Positions 1 to 13,601 are shown, numbered from the stretch's first letter. The stretch is 64,000 nt of DNA from Eledone cirrhosa (GCA_964016885.1 OZ024741.1:13888001-13952000), one strand, 5' to 3'. The notes: generated by a model not told the origin, from the letters alone. Program-made: numbers and translations.

Positions 1-135
1 TCTGCTCAAACAGTCGCGCAAAGTGCTGCTGAAAGGCCGCGCACATTTGCTTGGGGTCAAGTAGCACACGTCCGTTTTGGTCTTTCAAAGACCGAATCGT
101 GGACTTGTTGTCACTTTTTGCCTCCGCCACACGGC

Positions 136-1230
136 CTAGCTGACAGCTTTCGCTCCTTCATTTCCTAGAGCACGTGTTTTGCTTCTGACCACGCAGCATT
201 CGTGTTTCGCATCGAAGAACTGGTCCAGTGCTGTTCTTGACGCTAACACTCTAGCTGCATTGCCACTTCTAAGTGCCTCCTCTAGCTTGGCTACTAGTTC
301 TCTTTGTATTCTGTTTTTCTCTAAGGCTAACTCTCTGCTATACCCTATCGATTCTATTCTAATTGCTTTCTTGAGAGAGTACCACCATCTATTGTTGACA
401 ATGGCTCCCGTTAACTGTTGCTTGACTAGTCTACTTATCCGTTCACTGTAAGCTTTACGTGCCGGCAACGACACGTTTAGCTTCCAGTATCCGGGTCCCT
501 GTCTATGTGTTCTATCACGGTTGACTAAGCAGACGACTAACTTGTGATCTGAATAGGCAACCATGTGCATTCGTCGACAGCTTAACATCTCCTTGTCCCT
601 TTCTCTAATGAAGAACCTATCTAAATACGATCTAGATGTCCCACTGCGGTTTGCCCACGTCCACTGTGGTGCAGTCGGGAAATCCAGTCGATACCTATCG
701 GCCAGTTGGAATTGGCCGATTAAAGTTTTGAGGCTTTTGCACCCCGCTCTACTGGGACATGCTCCCACATAGTCCCATCGTGCATCTAGGATACCATTCC
801 AGTCCCCCACTAAAAGTAAGGAGAGAGACGTTCCCAGAAAAGACTCTAGACGCTTAAAGAAGTCTGGCCGTGATTGCGATTGCCCGGTCGGGGCATAAAC
901 GGCCACCAGTCTGAAGGCTCCACCTCCGATACTGTTCACGTCTAGGACTACCAGTCTACCCTCCGGATCCAAGTGTACTTGCTGTACTCCGACGTCCAGG
1001 TTCTTCCGAAACATGACAGCCACTCCACCTCCACCTCCTGGCTGACAGAGAGATGCATAGATCTCAAAGTCGTCGAAGATGGGGGTTAGTTGCTGCCTGT
1101 TGTGGATCCTGGACTCGGTGATGGCTATCACATCCATACCGTGTGACCTAACGTCGTTTAAAAGTTGGCCCTGTTTCCAGGGCATCCCTAGGCCACGCAC
1201 ATTCACGCTTCCAACTCGTAAACTAGCCAT
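136..1230 (-). pseudogene. ORF2 N-terminus: AP-like endonuclease plus linker, interrupted at 136
   Basis: MASLRVGSVNVRGL, ITESR, VAVYAP, VGDWN, SYLDRF, SDHK and GPGYWKLN are L1/Tx1 APE motifs. ATG at 1230. Confidence 0.9.
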
Positions 1231-1273
1231 GTTGGTGAAGAGAAAAGTTGGAGAAAAAGGACGAAAGGTGCAC

Positions 1274-2552
1274 TTACCTTTTCGTTTCCTGGAGATCGGG
1301 TTGTTCAATCTCCATTTGGGTGCTGGATGGGGTGTTGGGTGGGGTGGGGAAACATTTTAACAGGACGCGGTTGATGGGTTTGTGGCAGAGGTTGCCCACG
1401 TCCTGTGAAAATTTATTTTTTAGGTCACTATAGGTCTCCATAGAAACCCTTATAAGTTTAAGGTGTGGAGACGATTCTGCCTTGATGAAAGTTTTGCCCT
1501 CCGTCTCCACCTTGGGGTTTTGGGAGATGACCTCCATCAAACTCTTGTTGTTTGTGTTGATGTATGTGTATTGTTGTTTGTGTTTTTGTTGTGTTGTTTT
1601 AGTTTGTTGTTCGTCCGGGAGTTTTCTTTTTATGGTGGGTGCTTGTGTTTGGTGTGGTGTTGGTGTTGGTTTTGCTGATAGGGGGATGTTTGACTGTGGT
1701 GTTGTTTGTGTTGTTGTTTGTGTCTGTGGCTGTGTGTTGGTGTTGGTGATTGGAGTTTTGGGGGTTTTGTGGTGTCTCTTTTTGTTTTTTAGATTTCCGC
1801 GGTGTTCCCTCTTCTTCACTTAAAGAAGGAGAAGCAGCTTCATCCATCAATGAATAATTATCGTCAGGTGTGTGGGGTATGTTGAGTGGTGATGGTGTTT
1901 CGGTGTGTGTGTTCGTGGTAGTGTTTGATGGAGTGGGATTGAGTGGGGCTGTGTTCTTCAGGGGTGTTGTCTCTGTTTTTTTCTGTTGTTGGTTGAGTGT
2001 CTGTTTGTTTTGGTGTGGTTGCTCGTTTTGTCTGTCGTTGTACTTGTGGTGGTGGTGGTTGTTTTGGTGTTGGTGTTGGTAATAGTGTTTTTTTAATGAT
2101 GTTGTTGTGTGTTTGTGGACAAGAGGCTTTTAGGTGTACTGTGCTACCACAGCGAAAGCAATGAAATTTTCGTCCTTCTACCGAAATGTTTATTTTGTTG
2201 TTATTATCGATAACGACTTTTTCGAGTATTTTGGAGATTCTCTCCGGTTTCATTTGCAACAGAATCTCCAAATCTGTACCCGCCCACCTTTGTCGAATTG
2301 ATTTTCGTATCGAAAGAATCATATCAGTTTCTGGCTCTACGAAGCCAGCCAAGATCCACCAGATGTTAATGTTTGGGGGTATGTTTTTTATTTTTATTTT
2401 TTGTGTCCTTTTTCCCATATATGTAGGGATAAAGGTGTATGCTTTTGATACCATTGGTGTCACAGAATGTTTTGGGGCGAGTGCCTCGCTTTTAAACAGT
2501 ACGGAAACACTTCCGTACTGTTTTCCTCGCTGGAGAAAATCGATATTTGCTA
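1274..2552 (-). pseudogene. ORF1 (gag-like, zinc knuckle), broken into 1864-2463 and 1274-1819 pieces
   Basis: CFRCGSTVHLKASC CCHC knuckle, IKIKNIPP motif, T/P/Q-rich C-terminal tail. Confidence 0.75.
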
Positions 2553-2646
2553 GATAGATAGGTAGGTAGATAAATAGATAGATAGATAGGTAAATAGATA
2601 TATAAATAGATAGGCAGATATATATATATTCATTTTCTATCTCTAT

Positions 2647-2741
<95 letters not shown>

Positions 2742-3594
2742 ATACAATAACAGAGATAGTTTAAAGCTAAACTCTGACTGGTAACCATCTCACTCAACAA
2801 ACATTAGGTTATATTAAAATATAAACCCAGATTAAGTGTTTGGGGTGCTAGCAATATGTATAATGTGGAAAAACCAGTTGTATTATTTTATGAGATATAA
2901 TTAAAGTTAAAGTATATCTCTCTTTCCAAACAATTGTTTCATTATAAGTTTTCTACAAGTTTGGGAGAATGTTTCCAATTTATGTAGAAGCCTAATATAT
3001 ATCCATGTAAGAATATATTTAGGTGGGAACTTATAAATCATCAGTGGAAGCCCATTAAACATTGATATAAGAAAATAATTTCTTACCGCTGTCAAAAATC
3101 ATGTCCGTAAATTTACTCTCTCCCACCTCGAATGACCGCCAAATTTGAAATTCCAGCAGTTTTTGACTGAGGAAGTATCATAGCGACACGAAGCGGGAAG
3201 GGGAGACAACTCACGAAATGAGGAAAAAAATAATATACACGCGGGTTAATTAGTTTTTTTGAAAACATTATCAATCCAACATGTTTAAAAACTCAATTGA
3301 AAATAAAAAAATAAATATATGCTTGTATAAATTACACACACATATAGATATTTTCTTAGGCTAAATCAGAAGTTGTACCCGAATAAGAACCGTTTCTCAT
3401 AACCGCAGTAAATGCAGAAAGTTATGCTATAAAGGGCAAATGGGAATATAATTCTCTCTCTATATATATATATACATGTATAGTACGAACTATATGCGGA
3501 TATTTTACGCCTAGATGTGGTAGCTAAGTATATGTTATGTTTATACCATTACTTATTTGTATAGGTAAATATATATTACCCGTATGTTTTGTGA

Positions 3595-3760
3595 GGGGAA
3601 CGTTTCCACGAGCCAAAGTATAGTCTTCCTGTCTTCCTCCGGCTGCAACGTTTTTTGAAATATTTACTTCTGTGTTCACAGATTGACTTTTTTAGTTTCA
3701 GAAGATCCCGTTAAGGGTGAAAGCAGCGATTCTTTGCTTAAACTTTAATCTGTTATTTTA

Positions 3761-3765
<5 letters not shown>
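3595..3765 (+). mobile_element. 3' fragment of a small (TA)n-targeting PLE-like family with a hammerhead-like motif
   Basis: Near-identical to 34275-34445; ends at a (TA)n tract. Confidence 0.6.
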
Positions 3766-3832
<67 letters not shown>

Positions 3833-3838
<6 letters not shown>

Positions 3839-6800
3839 TTCAAGAGGAACCAATCTTAAAGAGAGAGATGGAGATAGGAGAGGAGATAGGAGAGGAGAGA
3901 TTGGTGAATTAGTTAGAAGCCAAAGCGTAAAGGCATGTGCTCAATGTGCAATATGCAGTAGAAAGCAGCTAGGTGGCTGGGTTCATGCAGAAGTTAGGTG
4001 CGCAGAGCTGGAAATATTCATTAGTTAAGCAAAACAAGACCACAAACTTCACAAGGAAGACATTATTAAAAGATTGTCAACATATTTTAGTTTGATGTAA
4101 GGAATGTAGAGAATAATAATATTAATAATAATAATGTCCGTTTACAATTGTTTCGTTACTCCATATAATATTTCTGGATCAGATGACTATATATCATAAT
4201 TGATCTGGTTCAGTTGAAAATAATTAACATATTTAAAAAACAGAGCGGCTCATCGAAACTTCAAAGGAATATAAATTAAAATAATGAGAGAATGTTACAT
4301 AATATAGTTCCATATATTGGTTTTTCACTATGGTGCCTTGGTTGCATCAGTTGTCAGCCATAATCAAGCAGTATTCATCTGTCGAGGCTGCATTGTGTGA
4401 GATCTGCCTATGGGTAACAAGATGGCTGCCAAAGGCCATATTTACCTTACTAATTAGAGGGTGGTTTCAGGGGAAGTAACTCCTCGAGAGATTAGAAATT
4501 GTGGGTAGTTTATAGTTAAGTGCTAATTTTTAAATTTTTAAATTGCGAGACAATGTAGGGGAGGTAACTTATAATTATCTAAGTTAGTCATAGCTATTTA
4601 ACTTATTAGCTACAAGTAAAAATGGGGCTAGATGACTAAGTTGGGTCAAATATTCTATTGGCGAAGGAATTAGCCCTTCGATGTTGACAGCTAATAGTTA
4701 CCCCCATTCTATCGTTAATCGGTAGAGGTCGTGATAGAGTTATGTAATATGCTTCTGTAATACAGAGATCACAAGATTTTCTTCGTCCATTGAACGGTTG
4801 GGCTCTAACCACGATATCCCATTTTAGTGAGTGTTGAACGTTGCTTAATTTAAGGTTTTTAATGAGCCTAGCTAGCGATGTCGAACATATATTGCTAGGG
4901 TCTCGGAAGGAAAGAGAGTGCGCGTTATAGCGTACCTTAAAAGCATTATAGACAAGAATAATTTCCTCACTAAATTAGCAACAACTATAAAAAAATTTAA
5001 AGATAGCCACCTCTTACATGTTATGTCTGACAAAACTAAAAATCTATACACCATGACTCCTGAAACTTACAACTCTTTCCTTCTTAAAGAACTCAATAAA
5101 AACTATAAAAAAACTATACCCTCCAGTGTAAACGTACTTAACCGAAAAGCCCAGGCTTTGGTTAAGGACTTGCATCTGGATAGAATTACCTTATGTACCA
5201 ACAACCCCAAGGTTCTCTTTCAAGGATCATAAGCCAAACTTTATAGAGAACCCATCTATTAGACTTATAAGCCCAACCACATCCGACCTGGGCCGTATCA
5301 GTAAGAACATCCTTGATAGGATAATCCCTGGGCTACGGGATGATATCACCTACAAGTTGTGGTCCAACACCGGCCAAGTCATTAGATGGTTCTCCGATCT
5401 AAGGTCCAAGCAATCTATGAGGTTCATCCAATTTGACATTGACAGCTATTACGTGTCAATAACCCCGGAACTGCTCAACAACGCATTAACCCTAGCCAGC
5501 ACCAACTCGGACATAACCAATAATGAGATTAACATCATACTTATGGCTAGGCAGACTATTATTGAATTCAACGGAGCACTCTGGACTAGAAAAGATAGAA
5601 CAGACAACTTTGACATCACGATGGGCTCAAGTGACTCTGCGCAAATCACCGATTTAGTTGGAATTTACCTATTACATAACATCAGAGCCGAAATCCAACC
5701 CTAGCAAGGCGGAATACACAGGGACGACGCCCTATTTGCAGTCCACAATTGCACTAATCGGGGCATTGATTTGCTAAAAAAACAATTACATAGATTCTTT
5801 AAAAATAACGGTCTCTCTATCACCATCGAGCCGAACCATAAGGTAGTAAACTTCCTAGACGTCACCCTGGATCTCAACAATAACCTATATTACCCTTACC
5901 ATAAACCAGGTGAAATACTTACATATATTAGCCCACACTCTAACCACCCACCGGCAGTCATCAGAGCAGTAATCAAATCTATCTCGTATAGGATCTCAAT
6001 GCTATCAGCAAATGAGATATTTATAAACCATGCACAATATTATAATAAGGCTCTTTCTGAATCTGGTTATGAACAGTCCATTTACTACATACCTAAATGC
6101 CATAACACAGCAATTCACCATAATAAACTTAACACTAGAACTAGAAATACCTTAGCATATAGCCAGATTCGCCGGAATTTTAGAAGTAACAGCACCTATA
6201 CAGGGAAGTTTAATGGTGGCAGCGGCCTGCTCCCCACTCCAAGTAGCAAACTAAAAATCAACCCTAGAATAGGAATGAGAAATGGGATGACAAATAACAA
6301 ATCCCCAGGTAATAATGACCCTAGGAAGGCCCCTACCAACTCCACTAGAACCCCTAGAAGGAATAGACCTAGAAATATCACCTGGCTTAACCCCCCATTC
6401 TCATCTAATCTAGCCACTAGTATCCCTAAACGCTTCTTCTCTATCCTATCTAAACATTTCCCCCCCAACCATAGATATTACAAACTCTTTAATAAAAACA
6501 ACATTAAAATCTCATTCTCCACAACACCTAACCTAGCTAGCCACATCGTATTCAGTAACTATCATAAACTAAGACACTATAACTCCCACACCGCGGTACC
6601 ACCACCCCTATCAAATACACCACGCCACTATACCAATAATTACTCTAGTAGCACACCTCCCCCATCTAATCCTTCAAGCACTGACCTACCGCTTAGGTTA
6701 AACTACCCTACTCTCACTACCCGCAGAAGCAACTGCAATTGCCGTTACCCTAATGCATTCCCATTAAATGGACACTGCCTGACACCCAACATAGTCTATA

Positions 6801-7788
6801 GGTGCACGGTTAAAACTGCTTCGAATACCAGCTCTTATATCTGGTCTACCTCTAACCCTTTTAAGGTACGCTATAACGCGCACTCTTTTTCCTTCCGAGA
6901 CCCTAGCAATATATGTTCGACATCGCTAGCTAGGCTCATTAAAATCTTTAAATTAAGCAACGTTCAACACTCACTAAAATGGGATATCGTGGTTAGGGCC
7001 CAACCGTTCAATGGACGAGGAAAATCTTGTGATCTCTGTATTACCGAAGCATATTACATAACTCTATCACGACCTCTACCGATTAACGATAGAACAGAGG
7101 TAACTATTAGCTGTCAACATCGAAGGGCTAATTCCTTCGCCAATAGAATATTTGACCCAACTTAGTCATCTAGCCCCATTTTTACTTGTAGCTAATAAGT
7201 TAAATAGCTATGACTAACTTAGATAATTATAAGTTACCTCCCCTACATTGTCTCTCAATTAAAAAATTTTAAAATTACCACTTAACTATAAACTACCCAC
7301 AACTTCTAATCTCTCGAGGAGTTACTTCCTCTGAAACCACCCTCTAAATAGTAAGGTAAATATGGCCTTTGGCAGCCATCTTGTTACCCATAGGCAGATC
7401 TCACACAATGCAGCCTCGACAGATGAATACTGCTTGATTATGGCTGACAACTGATGCAACCAAGGCACCATATTGAAAAACCAATATATGGAACATTATA
7501 TTATGTAACATTCTCTCATTATTTTAATTTATATTCCTTTGAAGTTTCGATGAGCCGCTCTGTTTTTAAATATGTTAATTATTTTCAACTGAACCAGATC
7601 AATTATGATATATAGTCATCTGATCCAGAAATATTATATGGAGTAGCGAAACAATTGTAAACGGACATTATTATTATTAATATTATTATTATTATTCTCT
7701 ACATTCCTTACATCAAACTAAAATATGTTGACAATCTTTTAATAATGTCTTCCTTGTGAAATTTGTGGTCTTGTTTTGCTTAACTAAT
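3833..7788 (+). mobile_element. Penelope-like element 1 (possibly Hydra clade), 5'-truncated, with ~920-bp inverted 3' copy
   Basis: 4020-4943 is the reverse complement of 6858-7788; flanked by (TA)n on both sides; RT+GIY-YIG coding region. Confidence 0.9.
4944..7165 (+). pseudogene. PLE reverse transcriptase with C-terminal GIY-YIG endonuclease (frameshifts and stops)
   Basis: SDKTKNLY, FIQFDIDSYY, FDITMGS, IHRDD, VNFLDVTLDL, SNHPP, WLNPPFS, CNCR..PLNGHCL..IVY..YI..T..FK.RY..H, CDLC, SCQHR. Confidence 0.9.
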
Positions 7789-7804
7789 TAATATATATAT
7801 ATAT

Positions 7805-8472
7805 ACGTGAACGGCAAAGCATAAACGAACTAAGGAAAAAATTAGAGATAAGAGGGATCAGATGTTGTTTACTCGAGAGAAGGCTGCGTTGGTATGGACA
7901 CGTGATGCGCATGAAAGTCGATAGCTGTATTACAAAGTGCAGGGCAATAAAGATAGACGGTAGCCACGGAATAGGCAGACCTAGAAAAACATGGGATGAG
8001 CTGATAAACTCCGACCTCACACACTTACACCTCTCCAAGACAATGTCACTGGACCGTGACCTTTGGCGGTACTCAGTAACAGAGAAGACCCGCCTTGCCA
8101 GTAGGCATCTCTAACAAACTACACCCCGTCCCACCACCACCCCCACCCCATCCACACCACCCCGTTCTATGTAAAGTTATGTTGGTGCCGCGCCATCCAG
8201 GCCGAAACAAATGAGATCGTGTAGGTGTCACGACAAAAAAACACACAGTCCACGCTGTAATGTGGCCGTGTAGGCAACACGGTAAAAACCTCCCAGACCC
8301 ACACTGTAAATGTGGTTGGTGTTAGGAAGAGCATCCAACTGTAGAAAACCTGCCAGACAGTCTTATGCGAGCAAGACAATCACTCTTGCCTCAAGTGGGA
8401 CTACCCCCGTCCAAACCCATGCAAGCGTGGAACACGGACGTTAAACGTTGATGATGATGATGATGATGATGA
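7805..8472 (+). mobile_element. RTE LINE family A, 3' fragment
   Basis: Near-identical to 15397-16063; (GAT)n tail. Confidence 0.9.
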
Positions 8473-8574
8473 TATATATATATATGTATATATACACATA
8501 TATATACATACATATATATATATATACATACATATACATACATATATATATATGTATATATATGTATGTATATG

Positions 8575-8612
<38 letters not shown>

Positions 8613-8615
<3 letters not shown>

Positions 8616-11600
8616 TCATCATCATCATCATCGCTTAACGTCCATCTTCCACGCTTGCATGGGTTTGGACGGGAGTTTTCCCACTTGAGGCAAGATCGTT
8701 TGTCCTGCTCGTATAGGACCGTCTGGCGGGTTTTCTACAGCTGGATGCTCTTCCTAACACCAACCACGTTTAAAGTGTGGACTGGGAGGTTTTTACCATG
8801 CTACCTACTTGGCCACATTACAGCGTGGACTGGGTGTTTTTTTGTCGTGACACCTACACGTCTGGCGGGTTTACTACGGCTGGGTGCCCTTCCTAACACC
8901 AACCAGGTTTACAGTGTGGACTAGGAGGTTTTTACCGTTCTACCTACACGGCCACATTACAGCGTGGACTGTGTGTTTTTTGTCGTGACACCTACACGAC
9001 CTCATCTGTTTCGGACTGGATGTTGTGGTACCAACTTAACTTCACATTTAAGGGGATGGTGTGGATGGGGTGAGGGTAGTGGGACAGGGTGTATTTTTGT
9101 TAGAGGTGCCTGCTGACTGTAGGTTTCACTTTGTACTTAGGCAAGGCGGGTCTTCTGTATTACTGTGTAGCGCCAAAGATCTCGGTCCAGTGACATTGTC
9201 TTGGAAAGGTGTAAGTGTGTGAGGTCGGAATTTATCAAGTCGTCCCAGGTTTTTCTGGGCCTGCCTACTCCGTGGCTACCATCTATTTTTATTGCCCTGC
9301 ACTTTTTTATACAGCTGTCGTCTTTCATGCGCATCACGTGACCGTACCAATGTAGTCTTCTCTCGAGTAAACAACATCTGATCCCTCTTATTCCTAATTT
9401 CTCCCTTAGTTCGTTTATGCTTTGCCGTTCACATATATTACTATTACACATCCAGCGGAGCATGCAAGCTTCGTTCCTCTCCAGTCTGCATATATCCTCT
9501 GCACACAATGCCCAGATCTCACTGCCATGCAACATTGCTGTTCATATGCAGGCATCATACAGCCTGCCTTTCATTTTTAGAGAGAACCCTTTAGTGGCCA
9601 ATAGTAGTATAAGCTCTCTGAACTTTAACTTTTTCCATCCCGTTCTGACTCTAGCTACTGTACTTTCAGAGCACCCTCCCTCACTGCTGATTTTGTCACC
9701 CAGGTAACGGAAGGTGTCCACTATTTCTATAGCACCATCTGTGCAATGGAATGAGCTAGTATTCTGTGGGCACTTGCTGCTACTTATTGCACCAGAGCAC
9801 CGGCCGCATATAAAATCTATATTCTTAGTTAGCTTACCTGTGATCCCACTACATCTTTTATGCACCCATACTTTGCATTTGGGACATAAAATGGAGTTTC
9901 TGCCTACTCCTTTCCTACACACAGAACATGGCCATTTCCCAGATGGGACTGGTGACCTATTTTCCTTCCTACAAACTTAGACGAGTTAACTTTAAGGCCT
10001 TTTGATTCTAGGCCATGTTTCCATGTTTGGAATTTCTTCTCTAGTTCAGCCATTGATTCAGCTATGACCGTTAGATCATCTGCATATAGGAGTTCCCATG
10101 GGCAGCCGGTCTTGAACTCCTCTGTAATAGCCTGAAGGGCAATAATAAATAGTAGGGGGCTAAGAACGGAGCCCTGATGAACACCAACTTTTACGCTAAA
10201 CTCTTCACTATATTCGTTGTTAATTCTAACTTTGCTGATTGTTTCTTTATACATGGCTTATATAGCTCTCACAAGCCATTCAACAACACCTAGTTTTCTA
10301 AGAGCCCACCAGATAATGGAGCGGGGGACTCTGTCAAAGGCTTTCTCCAAGTCGACAAAAGCTAAGTATAGGGGTTTACTTTTAGCTAGGTACTTCTCCT
10401 GTAGTTGTCGTACAATGAAAAGAGTGTCTGTGGTACTTTTACCTGACACAAACCCGAGCTGCATTTCATCTAGATCAATTCGCTCTCTGATTAGTTGCGC
10501 TATTACTTTTTCTGTGACCTTCATGACCTGGTCGATTAATTTAATGCCTCTATAGTTACCCCTATCTAGGGCATCTCCTTTACCCTTGTAGCAGTTAATG
10601 AGGATGCTGCTCTGCCAGTCCTTCGGAAGGACCCCATTCTGTATGACTTGGTTTACTATCCGGGTGACCATAGTGTGTCCCACCATTCCAGATGCCTTCA
10701 GCATTTCAGCAACTATTTCCGAAGGCCCAGCCGCCTTACCCATCTTCATCATATCTTTGATTGCCTTACTTATTATACTAGCTTCAACTAGCACTGCTGG
10801 TCCCTCTATTGGATTGATGTGAGGGAGACTGTCTTTCTCCCATTTATTCTCCTCATTTAGTAGCCTTTCGTAGTGACACTTCCAAGCTACCTTCTTATCA
10901 GCGTCAGTGATGGCAAGTACACCATCATCATTAAGGAAACACACTTCTCCCCGACAATATCACTGTTTTCCTTGACACATTGCCTAGCCATCCTGAACAC
11001 CTGATGTTTTTGGTCCTCGCGTTGTAGAACATGCTTGAACTTTCTTTCCTCTGCTTCCCTTCTTGCGAGGTACACTTGTCTCCTAGCTTCCCTCCTGGCC
11101 ACTTGATAGTCTTCTCTGCTTCCCCCATCCCGCCATACTTTCCAAGCCTGCTTTTTGGCCTTAATTGACTTCTCCACCTTACTGTTCCACCACCATGTTA
11201 CTCTCCTCAGGCCTGCTCCAGCCACAGACTTCGTCTGCCGCCATCAGCAGGTTTGCCTTCAGGAATTTCCACTGCTCCTCTATATTGTCCGACTCTAAAT
11301 GCTCTTCCTTACTGTCGAAAGCATCAAGTAATATACTTTTGAATTTATTTCTGGCTGTGGGGTCCTTTAGCTTTCATATTTTTCTCCTGAGTATTGTCCT
11401 CTTCTGTTGTCTAGTACGTCTCGTCCTGACTATGAGGTCGCTAATTATCAGTCTATGTTGGGAGGTGCATTCTTCATGGGGGAGGGATTTAGTGTTTACA
11501 ACAGACACTCTGTCACGTCTTCTGGTAAGGATATAATCTACCTGGCTTGTGTGTTCCCCCGATCTATAGGTGATCAAGTGATTGTCACGTTTTTTGAAGT

Positions 11601-11921
11601 TAGTGTTACAGATAGTTAGGTTATTTGCGTCACAGAATTCCAGGATTCTGGAGCCTTCCTCATTTCTAGTACCAAACCCATAGCCTCCATGGATTTCGTC
11701 GTAGCCGTCACAATGTTGTCCAACGTGACCATTTAGGTCGCCTGCGTAATTATATAGTCACTGTCGGATATTTGGGAGGTAGTTAGCATCAGTGTCTCAT
11801 AGAATCTGTCTTTTATAGTGCCGGGCAGTCCGGATTGGGGTGCGTACGCAGATATTACTGTCACCGTAGTTCTATTGAGGACAAGTCTTATTTTAATTAT
11901 TCTGTCGTTCACTCTATTTAC
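8613..11921 (-). mobile_element. RTE LINE (family A variant) with partial APE and RT, multiple frameshifts
   Basis: [60 protein letters not shown]-like GRPRKTW; (GAT)n tail; duplicated 3' UTR segment. Confidence 0.93.
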
Positions 11922-12120
11922 GTATATGTATATATATGTGTATATATATGTATGCATATATATATGTATGCATATGTATATATATGTATATATATATGTA
12001 TGCATATATATATATGTATGCATATGTATATATATATATATATATGTATGTATATATATACGTATATATATATTTGTATATATGTATATATATATATATA
12101 TATACGTATATATATATTTG

Positions 12121-12151
<31 letters not shown>

Positions 12152-12170
12152 GTGTATATAAATATATATG

Positions 12171-12202
<32 letters not shown>

Positions 12203-12239
12203 CATATATATTTATACATGTATATTTATATATATATAC

Positions 12240-12270
<31 letters not shown>

Positions 12271-12295
12271 TGTATATTTATATATATATACATAC

Positions 12296-12341
<46 letters not shown>

Positions 12342-12342
12342 G

Positions 12343-12373
<31 letters not shown>

Positions 12374-12374
12374 G

Positions 12375-12442
<68 letters not shown>

Positions 12443-12458
12443 TACATATATATATATG

Positions 12459-12490
<32 letters not shown>
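11922..12490. repeat. Interrupted (TA)n / (TATATG)n array
   Basis: Direct reading. Confidence 0.95.
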
Positions 12491-12501
12491 GAGAGAGAGA
12501 G

Positions 12502-12701
12502 AGGAACGAGTAGGACCCCGACGGCTGAGCTCAAGCCGTTTCGACGGCTAATTCTGGACTAAAATGTCCAGAATTAGCCGTCGAAACGGCTTGAGCTCAG
12601 CCGTCGGGGTCCTACTCATTCCTATTACCGACTCTACTACCCTAAATATTGAGTACTTTGGTGTGTTATGGTCCACCTGGTTCCTTACCACATTTCCTTT
12701 G

Positions 12702-12702
<1 letters not shown>
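12502..12702. mobile_element. Short fold-back element (~57-bp arms) with one-sided tail
   Basis: 12502-12559 is inverted at 12566-12623; homologous to 37381-37582. Confidence 0.75.
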
Positions 12703-12741
<39 letters not shown>

Positions 12742-12837
12742 TAAAACTTTTATATTCTGCTATGTATTGAGTACCTTACTTACTGTGATTACCTCTAATT
12801 CAACCCAGAATAACTTACCTATATATATATATATATA

Positions 12838-12990
12838 TATACGATAGTAAACAAATGGAAACTATATTTATAAAACCATATTTATTTCATTATACATATT
12901 TCAGGGATAACATATTAAAAATATGGCATGCCTTTGTCAGATAAAATACAATATATAAATTGTTTTATAAATAATTTTGACGTACCATAA
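12838..12990 (-). mobile_element. PLE-like family D 3' fragment (degenerate hammerhead core)
   Basis: Homologous to 37753-37900 and 45956-46090. Confidence 0.65.
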
Positions 12991-13601
12991 ATATAAGCCA
13001 CCATTAAGGTAGGAAGCTGGCTTGGTAGTGAGGTGTTTATAATTATTTAGTTATAGTGTTAAGCACAGTTAGAAAGAAAGACGGAGAGAAAGAAGAAATG
13101 TATGTAAAGAAAAACAGAGAGAAATAGAGAGAAATAGGGGAGAGAGAAAGAAGGAGGAGGTGAAAAAAGAGAGGCAACCGAAGTCAACAGATGAATAATA
13201 ATAATTCACCATACAAATAGAGAGATTTAAGAGAGGGAGTACAGTAATTATTTAGTTATAGTGTTATGCACAGTTAGAGAAGAGACGGAGAGAAAGAAAA
13301 AAATGGAGATGACAAGAAAATAGAGAGAGAGAGAGAGGTGGGAGGAAAAGAAAGAGGGAGAAAAAATATAATAATTATATAGGGGGAGGTGAAAATCAAG
13401 AGAGAAATAAGAGATAAACATGAGAGGCAAAGTCAAAACGACAGATACATAAACTTCATCATATATAAAGAGAGAGGAGAAGAAAGAGCTATATCTAGAG
13501 AGAGGGATGATAGAGTTACATCTTTACGTCATGTCCTATCAATTTGAATTATCAATTCATATGAACTGGGTAATATAATGTAAATATCAATATTCATGAA
13601 T

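Larger units (their letters stand above)
1..2552 (-). mobile_element. Tx1/L1-clade non-LTR retrotransposon, degraded, running off the left window edge
   Basis: Gag-like ORF1 with CCHC knuckle followed by an APE endonuclease ORF2. The 5' end abuts a (GATA)n/(TA)n tract. Confidence 0.85.

Noticed and set aside
3090-3460. Possible non-autonomous DNA or Helitron-type element
   Set aside because: No second copy, TIR or diagnostic terminus could be confirmed in the window.
11733-12562. Many long Y/I/M/C-rich ORFs (also ~25800-26660, 28550-29120, 45600-46700, 47730-48480, 60180-60600)
   Set aside because: Translations of (TA)n and (TG)n microsatellites.
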